NCBI GenBank assembly: GCA_002633005.1
Contig: NMRA01000164.1
Span: 724,897 to 788,896 of the forward strand
Reading direction: 5' to 3'
DNA length: 64,000 nt
DNA from: Phoronis australis
Lineage: Eukaryota; Animalia; Phoronida
Shown here: positions 37,201 through 44,906 of the stretch, in pieces
Position numbering within the stretch: position 1 is the first letter of the stretch
How the letters are laid out: every line of letters begins with the position of its first letter
Program-made: the position numbers and the translations under genes
Notes under the pieces: model-generated
Databases searched by the model: none
The model's input: the letters and a program-made list of their open reading frames with translations, nothing else
Told to the model about the DNA's origin: nothing

Positions 37201-38871
37201 ATCATCTGATATTCAAGTTTTTACGCCCCGTCGGTGCTCCTTAATTATGCTCTTGAATATTTGGAAATTGTCTAAACCCCTGTGAACACACCACACTTTT
37301 TCGTATACGACTTTTCGTATGCTAAAAAGGTGTGTGTAAGCAGATGTTCCAACAAACATTTTTTCTGGTGGCGTGACTCATACCCAGATGTGCACAATAT
37401 GGTTTCACGAAGCTTATGTGCCAAGTGACGAAATCAAGAAGGGTTTTTGATTATCTTAAGAAAAACTCCAGAGACATGTTAAGTGCCAGAAACTTACCAG
37501 GATGTATGGAAATTTCACTATTTGGCTACAAAAACAAAAAAATATCTTACACGGGAGGGGAAACCCCCCTCCCGACCTCCCCCTGCTCGGCGCCACGCGC
37601 TTAGGATTCGACCTTGGCGGGAATCCTAAGCCCCCCTTGCTGAAAACGTAGATCCGCCACTGGAAACCGACGCAAGTACAATGCCTCGCCATTCCTTATT
37701 ATAACATAAACCGCGAGAAAACGAGCAGCAATATCTGACAACTTTTCACACTGAACACAATGGAGGATGACTAGTGTTGTGATTGGTTGTCCCGATTTTA
37801 CGTATTATCTATCGACAAATAAATGCTCATAACTCGAGAACAGCTAATTAACATATAATCAGATAGTGTTTGCGGGTGACCTAACTTGCCAGCTGATCGA
37901 CTGGTGGGGTTGTTTTTCATTTTTGCGTTTTAGATATTAAATTGGTGATTTTAAGCACATTAAGTACAATAGTATCAGAAAAATAGTTCAAATTATTGTA
38001 TCCAAGGAAAAATTGTGTAATTTTTATTTGATTCAAACAACTACAAATATTACCATATATAGTTAGAGTTAGAGAACGGAAGAGTAATTCGCGTTGCTGA
38101 ATGTTGACAGGCGTTTAATAAAATAATGATCTACACTGTGGCACCTGTAGGCGTAGTCATTCTTTGCATATGAATACGTACTGGGTCATTATCCTCTGAT
38201 ATGTAGTGCTCAAATGAAATAAATGTAGATAAACGTCTAGTATGGCAGAAAAATAGAGTAGCAGTTGCAATACAAATTTGTTCATTGGTTTTACGCAAAC
38301 GTTTCACATACAGGCGCATGCGTCACTGCGTCAACTCGCAAATGTCGATAAGCTAGTATTTACAAAGAAGGGTGGAATGGACTGAAAACCAGTATTCCAA
38401 ATTTTAAGAAATGTATCATTAGCGAGATTCCGCTTAAAAGTTGCGACGCCCATAACAAAATCCTTTGTTACATATACTCAAAAAGGAGGAAATGTGGCCG
38501 CTTTTTTACTCAAGATCTTGGGTTCGCAAATATTCACCCAGGTGTTAGTTTTGCGACCCCATAGTATAAAATAGAAATACGTACTCAAAAACGTCTTCAC
38601 TGTTGTAATGAAATATGGTTAAGAAGGCAAAAATGACAATCATGTACACGTAATTTTTTCATAAGCGTCTTTGAAACATTTCAGTGTAGCTATATATTCA
38701 CCGATTTATTTAAAAGTCTACAATTATGTATTGAACATGATGTCGAGATAGTAGGCGCCTGGGTAAATTTACGCACATCAAGTGCCTAAAACAGTAATAA
38801 ATATAAACAAGAAATCTTACCCATAGAAAACATAATAGGACTGTAGTTAATCTGTAGACCGCTCCGGCCAT
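1663..38871 (-). CDS. Spliced gene: secreted astacin (M12A) zinc metalloprotease with EGF-like module and >=10 ShK domains; may continue left of the window
   Basis: 15 exons joined with consistent phases, about 2428 nt of CDS (plus 42 nt if the micro-exon is used). Motifs: signal peptide, ELDMTLTSEQ propeptide, RRSKR, [52 protein letters not shown], then Cys-rich EGF-like and ShK modules. Confidence 0.93.
2487..2744 (-). CDS. ShK domains 8-9 exon
   Basis: CKDTANDC...CRMSCGLC and CVDKNDDC...CMRTCNRC; TTATAG| acceptor, |GTAAGT donor, phase 1-1. Confidence 0.92.
3571..3608. repeat. (CT)n(CA)n microsatellite
   Basis: Direct observation. Confidence 0.9.
4341..5320. mobile_element. MITE-like element with ~70-bp imperfect TIRs and internal ~20-bp tandem repeats, interrupted by a solo LTR
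   Basis: GTGTATCGTTGGCCAAAT...CTTTTTAGAGG (about 4342-4412) is the inverted match of about 5248-5319. AGTAATTATTTGCGGCGCAA-type repeats at 5067-5245. Confidence 0.6.
4421..5065 (+). mobile_element. Solo LTR (645 bp)
   Basis: TGTCA...TGACA termini, perfect 5-bp TSD CAGTA (4416-4420 and 5066-5070), TATAAATA at about 4627, AATAAA at about 4959. Confidence 0.88.
5834..5977 (-). CDS. ShK domain 7 exon
   Basis: CSNEESECVDMAIIGECFKKPYRMAKYCYRSCAQC; CCAAG| acceptor, |GTAATG donor, phase 1-1. Confidence 0.88.
7131..7382 (-). CDS. ShK domains 5-6 exon
   Basis: CHTFYEEEDC...CRQHCHRVLC and CEDTDDSCEQWAKQGEC...CKKSCKRYLC; TTTCAG| acceptor, |GTAAGT donor, phase 1-1. Confidence 0.92.
7704..7932. mobile_element. 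MITE with CATGCGCGCACCC TIRs (one-ended relative starting at ~1874)
   Basis: CATGCGCGCACCC...GGGTGCGCGCATG termini; the same terminus occurs at 1874. Confidence 0.7.
8651..8911 (-). CDS. ShK domains 3-4 exon
   Basis: CEDLWMNRDECAVWASMGYC...CRKSCDWC and CSNRHRIDQECAAWASVGEC...CRHACGKC; TAG| acceptor, |GTAAGT donor, phase 1-1. Confidence 0.93.
10170..10304 (-). CDS. ShK domain 2 exon
   Basis: CKNPLGDEECKYLAFAWYCDANPAYMIVNCPQACGWC; TTTCAG| acceptor, |GTAAGT donor, phase 1-1. Confidence 0.92.
10564..10716 (-). CDS. ShK domain 1 exon
   Basis: CRNKHPHDDECEQWAKERMCSLNPLFTIPKCMKSCNKC; CAG| acceptor, |GTAAGT donor, phase 1-1. Confidence 0.92.
11504..11927. mobile_element. PIF/Harbinger-like MITE
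   Basis: GCCCGGTTGCATGA...TCATGCAACCGGG TIRs with extended imperfect inverted arms. Confidence 0.65.
11977..15010 (-). mobile_element. Internally deleted Academ (AcademX-like) DNA transposon with long TIRs
   Basis: Imperfect TIRs >200 bp (GTCCGGGAGCC...GGCTCCCGGAC) with ~160-bp subterminal repeats. Decayed minus-strand coding remnant at about 12990-13700: SDDKNVFVL..HYY, LLAHAL*GC..V..YY..GKG (XPG/H3TH-like), AFTENV..AH...W, PEEYG, LAP..LGMIRCGC, SC...LPCAIF.AC (Cys-rich tail). Confidence 0.75.
15232..15354 (-). CDS. EGF-like exon (HCKNVPHCKDGGFVDKTCQCLCPDGSRNC)
   Basis: CxxGGFxxxxCxCxCPxG pattern typical after astacin domains. Phase 1-1, CCGAG| acceptor, |GTACGT donor. Confidence 0.88.
15633..15771 (-). 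CDS. Astacin domain C-terminal exon ([46 protein letters not shown])
   Basis: CTACAG| acceptor in phase 0, |GTATGT donor in phase 1. LSxxDxxxxNxLYxC ends the astacin domain. Confidence 0.93.
16834..17677. mobile_element. Non-autonomous TIR element (~840 bp), copy 1
   Basis: GGATTGTTCTAAAACC...GGTTTTAGAACAATCC TIRs with CTCGACCC/GGGTCGAG subterminal repeats; homologous copy at 29990-30768. Confidence 0.8.
18261..18461 (-). CDS. Astacin zinc-binding exon ([27 protein letters not shown]...[13 protein letters not shown])
   Basis: Not in the ORF track. TTTTAG| acceptor, |GTACGT donor, phase 0-0. Contains HExxHxxGxxHE and the Met-turn SxMHY. Confidence 0.96.
19360..19530 (+). mobile_element. Possible decayed hAT (Charlie/GTF2IRD2-like) transposase fragment
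   Basis: Stop-ridden translation VLIATHG...FRCLLHQ resembles the TDG...HCxxHQ motifs. Confidence 0.3.
20078..20145. repeat. Imperfect (TG)n microsatellite
   Basis: TG/CG dinucleotide run. Confidence 0.9.
20400..21752 (-). mobile_element. Kolobok-like non-autonomous DNA transposon, copy 1
   Basis: TTAA|AGGAGAATGTCACC...GGTGGCATTCTCCT|TTAA. Minus-strand THAP-like remnant YDAVKYLRICDRHF, with LKQSA after a frameshift. Confidence 0.8.
22068..22273 (-). CDS. Astacin catalytic domain exon (AMSEWEHFTCFKF...GCSSALG...QYINLKNPECL)
   Basis: TTATAG| acceptor in phase 1, |GTAAGT donor in phase 0, canonical astacin motifs. Confidence 0.93.
22563..22716. mobile_element. ~150-bp MITE (second copy at ~26503-26648)
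   Basis: TTCAGTA..CGCTAGGACCT...AGGTCCTAGCGTTACTGAA TIRs; closely similar copy near 26503. Confidence 0.7.
22925..25100 (-). mobile_element. 5'-truncated CR1-group LINE (RT pseudogene with C-terminal CxC..HxxxxC motif)
   Basis: QFGFMPGNSTVSQL...RSVFLDMTSAF...LLHKMQSYG...AGVPQGSVLG...FLYADDT...HKHLGLILDHKLTF...PHLDYCD, and CSCGDTQTRTHVFFAC; several frameshifts and stops. Confidence 0.92.
27193..28124. other. Assembly gap (N); other gaps at 32375-32727 and 45240-45263
   Basis: Runs of N. Confidence 1.
29990..30768. mobile_element. Non-autonomous TIR element, copy 2
   Basis: Colinear with 16834-17677 along its length, with the same TIRs. Confidence 0.8.
31232..31296. repeat. (CA)n microsatellite
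   Basis: Perfect CA run next to an exon donor. Confidence 0.97.
31316..31410 (-). CDS. Astacin gene exon: furin-type site and mature N-terminus ([31 protein letters not shown])
   Basis: TTTCAG| acceptor in phase 2, |GTAAGT donor in phase 1. WPxxxIPY is the astacin N-terminal motif. Confidence 0.92.
32129..33493 (-). mobile_element. Kolobok-like element, copy 2 (spans an N gap)
   Basis: TTAA|AGGAGCATGCCACC...GGTGGCATTCTCTC|TTAA; homologous to 20400-21752. THAP-like remnant MLRCIVPACPN...ISFF...W...VKHLRVCG. Confidence 0.78.
33718..33847 (-). CDS. Astacin gene exon: propeptide with ELDMTLTSEQY motif
   Basis: TTTCAG| acceptor in phase 1, |GTGAGT donor in phase 2. ELDMxLTxEQ resembles the astacin propeptide FxGDIxL Asp-switch motif. 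Confidence 0.85.
34397..34526 (-). CDS. Astacin gene exon: propeptide (VTRNRGMWYNRSAELQQVLRAEEAKIKDTTIENLIEDGLHNAL), ends in a GC donor
   Basis: TTTAG|GTG acceptor in phase 0, open frame, TTGC|GCAAGT donor in phase 1 that restores frame with the next exon. Confidence 0.72.
35027..35068 (-). CDS. Probable 42-nt micro-exon completing the signal peptide (VLMILTMEPLVKTK)
   Basis: Pyrimidine-rich tract upstream, TAAGAAG| tandem acceptor, AAG|GTAAAT donor, phase 0-0, hydrophobic translation. Confidence 0.4.
35311..37662 (+). mobile_element. Internally deleted hAT DNA transposon (P52rIPK/THAP12-like transposase remnant)
   Basis: CAGTGGCGGATCTACG...CGTAGATCCGCCACTG TIRs. About 36340-36600 translates LKGLSV..KRDADIVEAYKLIDTAVGKVQALGTNIEDIWVKWF...IPRQSRQQKDRTNV. 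Confidence 0.75.
38821..38871 (-). CDS. Astacin gene exon 1: start codon and signal peptide (MAGAVYRLTTVLLCFLW)
   Basis: GAAATGG start context, hydrophobic core, TGG|GTAAGA donor in phase 0 matching the downstream phase-0 acceptor. Confidence 0.7.
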
Positions 38872-38884
38872 TTCCGATTTGTTG

Positions 38885-38930
38885 AATGTTAATAAAAAGG
38901 TCTGTCACCGCTGAACCTTTTAAACAAATG
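38885..38930 (-). promoter_or_regulatory. Possible core promoter of the astacin gene (TATA-like TTTAAAAG, Inr-like ACATTC)
   Basis: Minus strand TGTTTAAAAGG lies about 45-55 nt upstream of the ATG, with an ACATTC roughly 25-30 nt downstream of it. Motif match only. Confidence 0.25.
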
Positions 38931-40749
38931 TCAGGTCGCTTTCTAAAAAGTTATCGCGATAGAACTTCTCATCTACAGGGTGCAAAGTGTACAAAATTTT
39001 AGTTTTGAAATCTTGTTAAATTTTTTGGTTTTCTACTGAGGGCAATAAAAATAGAAGGCATTTCCAGATCAGTCAAAATGCCACTTCTAAAGCTCCAGTC
39101 GTATCAAGGAGTGTACGTAGAATTTATCGCAGTGCAAAATGCGCCCTTCCCCATTGTTCTCGTGATTGGTACTTAGTCGTTGTTTATTCACCACTTGGCG
39201 GCGCTAGCGATAACAGCGTACTGACAAATGAGCAATCTTATTCTACACTCATTGGTCGCCTGCCTACGACGTCATAATAGACCCTGTGCATGTCTGTGGC
39301 TTTAATGAAAACGGACTCCAACTTGCAGAAAATTTAGATTTTATTTAATTAAAAATCCACCAGGAAGTCTGCAACTGCATGCAGGATAGATTTTTTCTCG
39401 AAATTCTGTAATGCTTTTTCACGACATATTTTACCCGTGCACATAATCTCCTTCGTCGACTGGCAACAAATATTCTGAGCTGGCCGGCAGCTCTAATCGC
39501 ACAAATATATAACATGGAGGCCTTCTTAAGGCAACAAGACAAGTGCTTAAATTTATTCTAAAGTACCGAATAATAATTACCACGGATGCAAAAGCGTCTC
39601 CTCTGACTCAGTCACCAATTACGGGGCGGCCCTGGGACGACTCCCATGGAAGAGGTATACGAAACGCCACCACGCAAATGGGTCACGACCAGTTTCTCCA
39701 TAAAAGGGTGACTTTTCCCACAAAAATTAATTCCTACAAACGGAAAGGCTTAACTTTGTGAGTTTCAAACTCTAGTACAAAACTATAGGTCACCGTTAAA
39801 CTCAGTACACGTGCCTTTCGATATGTTCACCAGTTCAACATGTCGTGCACACATCCACCACCACAAGAAACTGTAGGAACATTGCATTTATCCACCTTCA
39901 CTTCTATTGTGGGTCAGCATGTGTGACTAATTGGCTGATAAGCCAGCTATGGAACTACTTTTGGCTGAATGGATGACCAGGCCATAAAATGATAATTAGC
40001 CAAGACCAGTTAACTAATGTAACAAAGAATAATGTCGTAGCATCACCTAGCCTTGGTGGAAAGCTGTATACTGTATTGGCTCTTATAAACGCTTAGAACA
40101 ATTCATTTCACGGGGAGGGGACGCTTATTGTAGCCTAAGACAGTTGAAACCCGGTTTCCGAAACGGGTAAAATCGGAAGCTACGATTCATCAAATTTACG
40201 CTCTGTGACGTATTTGTAGCCTATGACAGTCTGTCTACAAAATTGTGGTGCATTGCTATCAAACTCCGTTGTTAAATTACGATCATTTTTCAAAAAACTT
40301 GCCGACTGATACGTCGCTGAATCGCGATCGTCAATAGGAAAACTTGAATTCTTGAATAAAAATATAGTTTCGACTCAAAAAATCACCTGAAATTCTTTCT
40401 TATGTTTTACAATTTTTAAAGTTCATGTGGAGTCCAGATTAATTGCGATTAAGTCCAAATCTGCGCTACATCGTACCCCACAACACGAGAAAAATCTCTG
40501 GATGAACACACGTTGTTGTCACGTGACGTTTGTTTTGATGTTCGTCTGCGTATGAGAGTGAGTGCGTATGCGGGTCATCGGCGACAGACTTTTTTGTTAC
40601 AAAAGGCGGAGGATTATGCAAGAAAATGGCGTTTACTAGATAGTTTTTCACTTAAACGGCTGCAAGGTGCAAGGTGAGTGCCGGATAACTCACAGATTTT
40701 CTGTGCACAGGCCGACGCCCGTTAGCTCTACCGTGGAGTAAAACATTAA

Positions 40750-41961
40750 CAGCCGATTTCATAAAGGTGGTTTAACAAAACCAGGTTTTTAAACCTGGTT
40801 TTTAAACCTGGTTTTGGACTTAAAAGTCTTAAACCTGGTCTTCCTACACCTGGTCTAATTTTAGACACAATTTGCATTTCACCAACGTGGCTTAAAAGTC
40901 TGAAAGCCTGGTTTTGTTAGACCAGGGAGCCGGTTTGGTAAAACCAGGGTTTTAAGTACCTAAGCCACCCTGCTGTGTCGATCTGGATTAACCCAACAAA
41001 GAAACTATTGAGGTGCTTCAATGAAACCTTGATCACGTGGGTATACAATGGCACACACTAGTAGAATCAGTGCACACATTTGCGAAAAAGGTGTAAAAGC
41101 TTTTCTCATGAGGAAAAATGTAATGTGTGTGACCAACACACGTATACACACATTAAAGTACATGCTCACGATTAGCCGTAATATCATAAATGTCCAAATT
41201 TATTTCCGTGCCATTTTAGTGTTTATTTTTCGCGGCCAAAGGGGGGGTAAGAAGACCCCTTCCCGGAAACATTAAATCGGAGACCAATGGAGGTGGAACT
41301 CAGAAGAATCAGAAAATGCTGTCTTCAGTCAAACCCGTAGCACTTATGACGATGACGCCCTGCTCGACCAGTCGTATTCTGAAGAATCCGCAAGACACTA
41401 TCCAGCACGAACTGGTCTACACATAGGCGGATCCAAGGGGGTCAAGGGGTCCGGACTCCCTTCTTTTTGCTTGATTTTAATGAGATCAAATCTATAATCT
41501 TCAAATTGTTGACTTGGTCCCCCCTTTTAAAAAGTCCTTGACCGACCCCCTCCCCTTAAAAGTCGTGTATCCGCCCCTGCTACGTTTGATCTTGTGTCGT
41601 CGTAAAACTGAATATTGAAAATAGTCCATTTTCGCTCTAAAAGTGCGTCGTAAATGCACACCGCGGCCTCATTCAGTTGCACCTATATCATGCAAGTCTG
41701 TCATATTTAACAGTTAAACCTAGGTCTGACCAAGTCTAAAGTTAAACCTGCTTTAAGATCTTAATACAGATCTAAAAATATAGACTTCGTTGGTGAAATG
41801 AAAACTGACTTAGACCAGGTCTAAATAGGAGTTAAACCAGGTTTTACTAGACCACTGGTCTAAAAGTTAAGCCACTTTATGAAATGCAGATTATCTTTAA
41901 GCCTGGTCTAAATCCAGTTTAAACCAGGTTTAAGTTTAAATCACCTTCATGAAATCGGCTG
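40750..41961. mobile_element. Harbinger-like MITE with AAACCTGG/CCAGGTTT subterminal repeats
   Basis: CAGCCGATTTCATAAAGGTG...CACCTTCATGAAATCGGCTG TIRs. Confidence 0.8.
41422..41579. mobile_element. Small hAT-like MITE nested in the Harbinger-like MITE
   Basis: CATAGGCGGATCCA...TGTATCCGCCCCTG imperfect termini. Confidence 0.6.
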
Positions 41962-42134
41962 TATAAGTCTAAGTGATGTGGCTCAATTTCGGAAGTGCGG
42001 AGCATTTTGGTCAAAGTCATGCGAGGAGGCATTTTGAGAAGTTTGAAGCGATACGTGATCACGGCAACACAGTGATTAGTAAATAACGGCAACCGCCGAC
42101 ATGCGCGCAGTGCAGCATTGTTTCAGCATGAATT

Positions 42135-42690
42135 AGCTACACCCAATACACGCCTGCAAAATTTAATTTGCACTTGTTCTAACCAGTTGTATTCTTGAAA
42201 GCCTCATATTCCGGCTCCATAGCATGAGCTGGGGTAAATTATTTTATCAAATGTCTCAAAAGCCACACGTGGTTGAAGTATGGTCCAGCTTCTTTGTAGC
42301 TTGTCGACTGTAATGGCTACCTCCGTGGTTTGGGCTGACAGGGTCTGAGCAGCCATAGTCCACAATAACGTTGGCGTGAACACAACACCAAGATACTTGT
42401 AGCTGGCATGAAAATCACTTCGAGTTTTTCACCTCCAAAATACCACATCTCGCAATTTCTCAAGGGACCTCCGTTTCTAAACAACATAACTGTGGTCTTC
42501 ACTAAATTTACAGACACGCTCCATTCCTGGCAGAACTTACTTAAAGCACACAGTAGTTTATGCAGTTTAACTGGAGATTAAGTACACAAAGCCATATCAT
42601 CAGCATATCACAAAACTTTCACATCGGAAACATTTTGACATAGAAGAATACCATCGTCATTACTAGAATGGATACATTCTACAAAGTCAT
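42135..42690 (-). mobile_element. RTE/RTEX-like LINE RT fragment
   Basis: VKVL*YADDMAL...LSKFCQEWSVSVNLVKTTVMLFRNGG...YKYLGVVFTP...FDKII.P..CYGA.I*G...LEQVQIKFCRRVLGV. Confidence 0.8.
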
Positions 42691-44066
42691 TGGGTTTTTA
42701 AATAATCACCATGAACTCCAATAATAAACTTTCAAAGACAAGTGACTGTGTAGACTCGATCCGATACGTGCTCTGTAATGAAACCTTGGACAAATGTAGT
42801 ATTGAAGCAAACGCTCAAATTTTATATAATGTTAAACTCGATAGTTGTTTTTTTTTTGTAAAATTGCATAGAAAATAAATTGTGCCACAGTAATAATTTA
42901 CATGTTTGACACGTCTTCACGTGATGTGACCAACGTATGACCTGTGTGAAGACATATGAATACAGTGCCTTCAACAATTTGCTTCTCATTATAAATGAGC
43001 TTCCCAGGTTGTACACGTGCGTCTGTTGATGTTAAATTTGCTTTTAAGACTCGTTTTTATAGGTTAAATAGCATACAGTTGTACAAATATACTTTTATTA
43101 CTATTTAGACAGATTTATAGCAACACTTTACATATCACTTTTGGCTATGGATATTCTCATGCTACGACCGGTAGGGTTCGCGTTAATCACGAGCGGGCAG
43201 AGCCTGATAATGGAAAGCAATACGAGTTCCTGAATCGAAAGTTGACAGACAGGAAACAAAAAACACCGACCTATCCGTTTGAGAGACCTCAACCCCCAAG
43301 GCAAATCTCTGTTCACGAATCAAGACTGACGGACGACCTGCATCTAACTTCGTCGTAGCCCCCATGCGGTTTAGTTTTTGAAAGTTTCCATTCATATGCA
43401 ATGCCCTCGAAGATCTCTCCCGTTTATTCACTGCAAGATGACATGTGGCACGATTTTCCATTGAGAACACTCTTTTGGTATTCAGTATCTCTAAAAGGCG
43501 AGTTTATTGATCTGGATTGTGTAATGACGTGGTTACCTGGTTGTTGCACTTCGATTACTTGGTGTGCTCGTAGTTCATTGGAAAGCGCAATAACCCCTCC
43601 TGGGAAGTAATAGCATGACCCTTGAATGCTCCCCTTTGAGTGGGTCGGCCTGCTGTTTCAGATTGCGGCCATTTCCTTGAAAGCGCGCACCGTGACGAGA
43701 TGATGTCTTACCCGATACATGGAGGACGATACAGGTGCGTAACTTCTGTCATTAATTACATTTATGTCTGGCTGATTGCTGTTACAGTTCTCTACATGTG
43801 GCAACTGTTTGATGTACAGGTAGTTGTAATACGTATATGTTTTAAGTGTTGGCTGTATTTTACAGTAGTTGTACTTTGGGTTATACTCATACATTAGTGT
43901 TCGGGTCGTGATGACGCACATTTATTCAAATGGATATTCACTGAGAAGACTATGGCTTTAAGAGAAGAACTGCTGTCCGTGTAAATACTCTGAATATACA
44001 TTTGAATTTATGTATTTCTGTATGAGTAAGCAAAGCCTACGATGTACAATAAGTGATATTATTAGA

Positions 44067-44069
44067 ATT

Positions 44070-44100
<31 letters not shown>

Positions 44101-44106
44101 TTATTA
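44067..44106. repeat. (ATT)n microsatellite (another at 45786-45824)
   Basis: Direct observation. Confidence 0.9.
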
Positions 44107-44239
44107 AATGGATATTTCTATTCATCTATCAAATGTATTATCATTAGCTTGCACTAGACGTTTGTTACTTGACTTGCTGAATTTATCGCTCTTTCTAACC
44201 GACTAACAATTGTACTAACATACTAACTAGGGCCCTAAC

Positions 44240-44906
44240 ATGCGTCCCGTTTTATGGATTCCGGATTCTATCTGTCCCGGGTTTTTGTGTCCCGGTGTTT
44301 TGCGTAATAGTCCAGACGCTAAGCGGACGAGTGTGCAAGTTTTAACAACACTTGCCATTTAGGCCCACATGACAGTTGTCAGGTGCTTTTCGATCCTGAT
44401 TTAGGGCATAAGTTCAACAAGTAATAAAGTAACGTGTTATTTTTATGCATTCTCCTTAGTTGCATTGGATTCTGGTCGTTGTCAGATAAAGCAATGCCCC
44501 CTGGAATTTTGGAATGCTAGCTCACTTATTGAAAATGCGCCTTTAGTTTTCGAGATTTCGGCTAGGTCGCAAACGGCGAACTTTGGTATGTTTTCATTAA
44601 AATTTTCTTGGCTCATCGACCACTGACAAATGACACATAGAACTCGGTGTGAAAGTAGCCATTGTTCCCCTGGAGAAATTGTCTGGCTTGCGTGTATTTG
44701 AATGAAGCATTCGGCTAATCCACTGATTAACGTGCCAGTACACCGGCATTCAAATATATGCAGCTAGGACATTCTCTGCAGGGGGACAATCACAGCTACC
44801 ACACCAGGACACAAAGAACTCCGTCCAATGCAATGAAAACTGGTCATACAGAACCCGGGACATTTACATATGTAGAATCCCGATATGCATAAAACGGGAA
44901 CACGTA
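44240..44906. mobile_element. MITE with CGTCCCGTTTTATG...CATAAAACGGGAACACG TIRs and an internal inverted repeat (~44645-44805)
   Basis: Inverted termini, plus internal arms GTAGCCATTGTTCCCCTGGAGA / TCTCTGCAGGGGGACAATCACAGCTAC. Confidence 0.6.
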
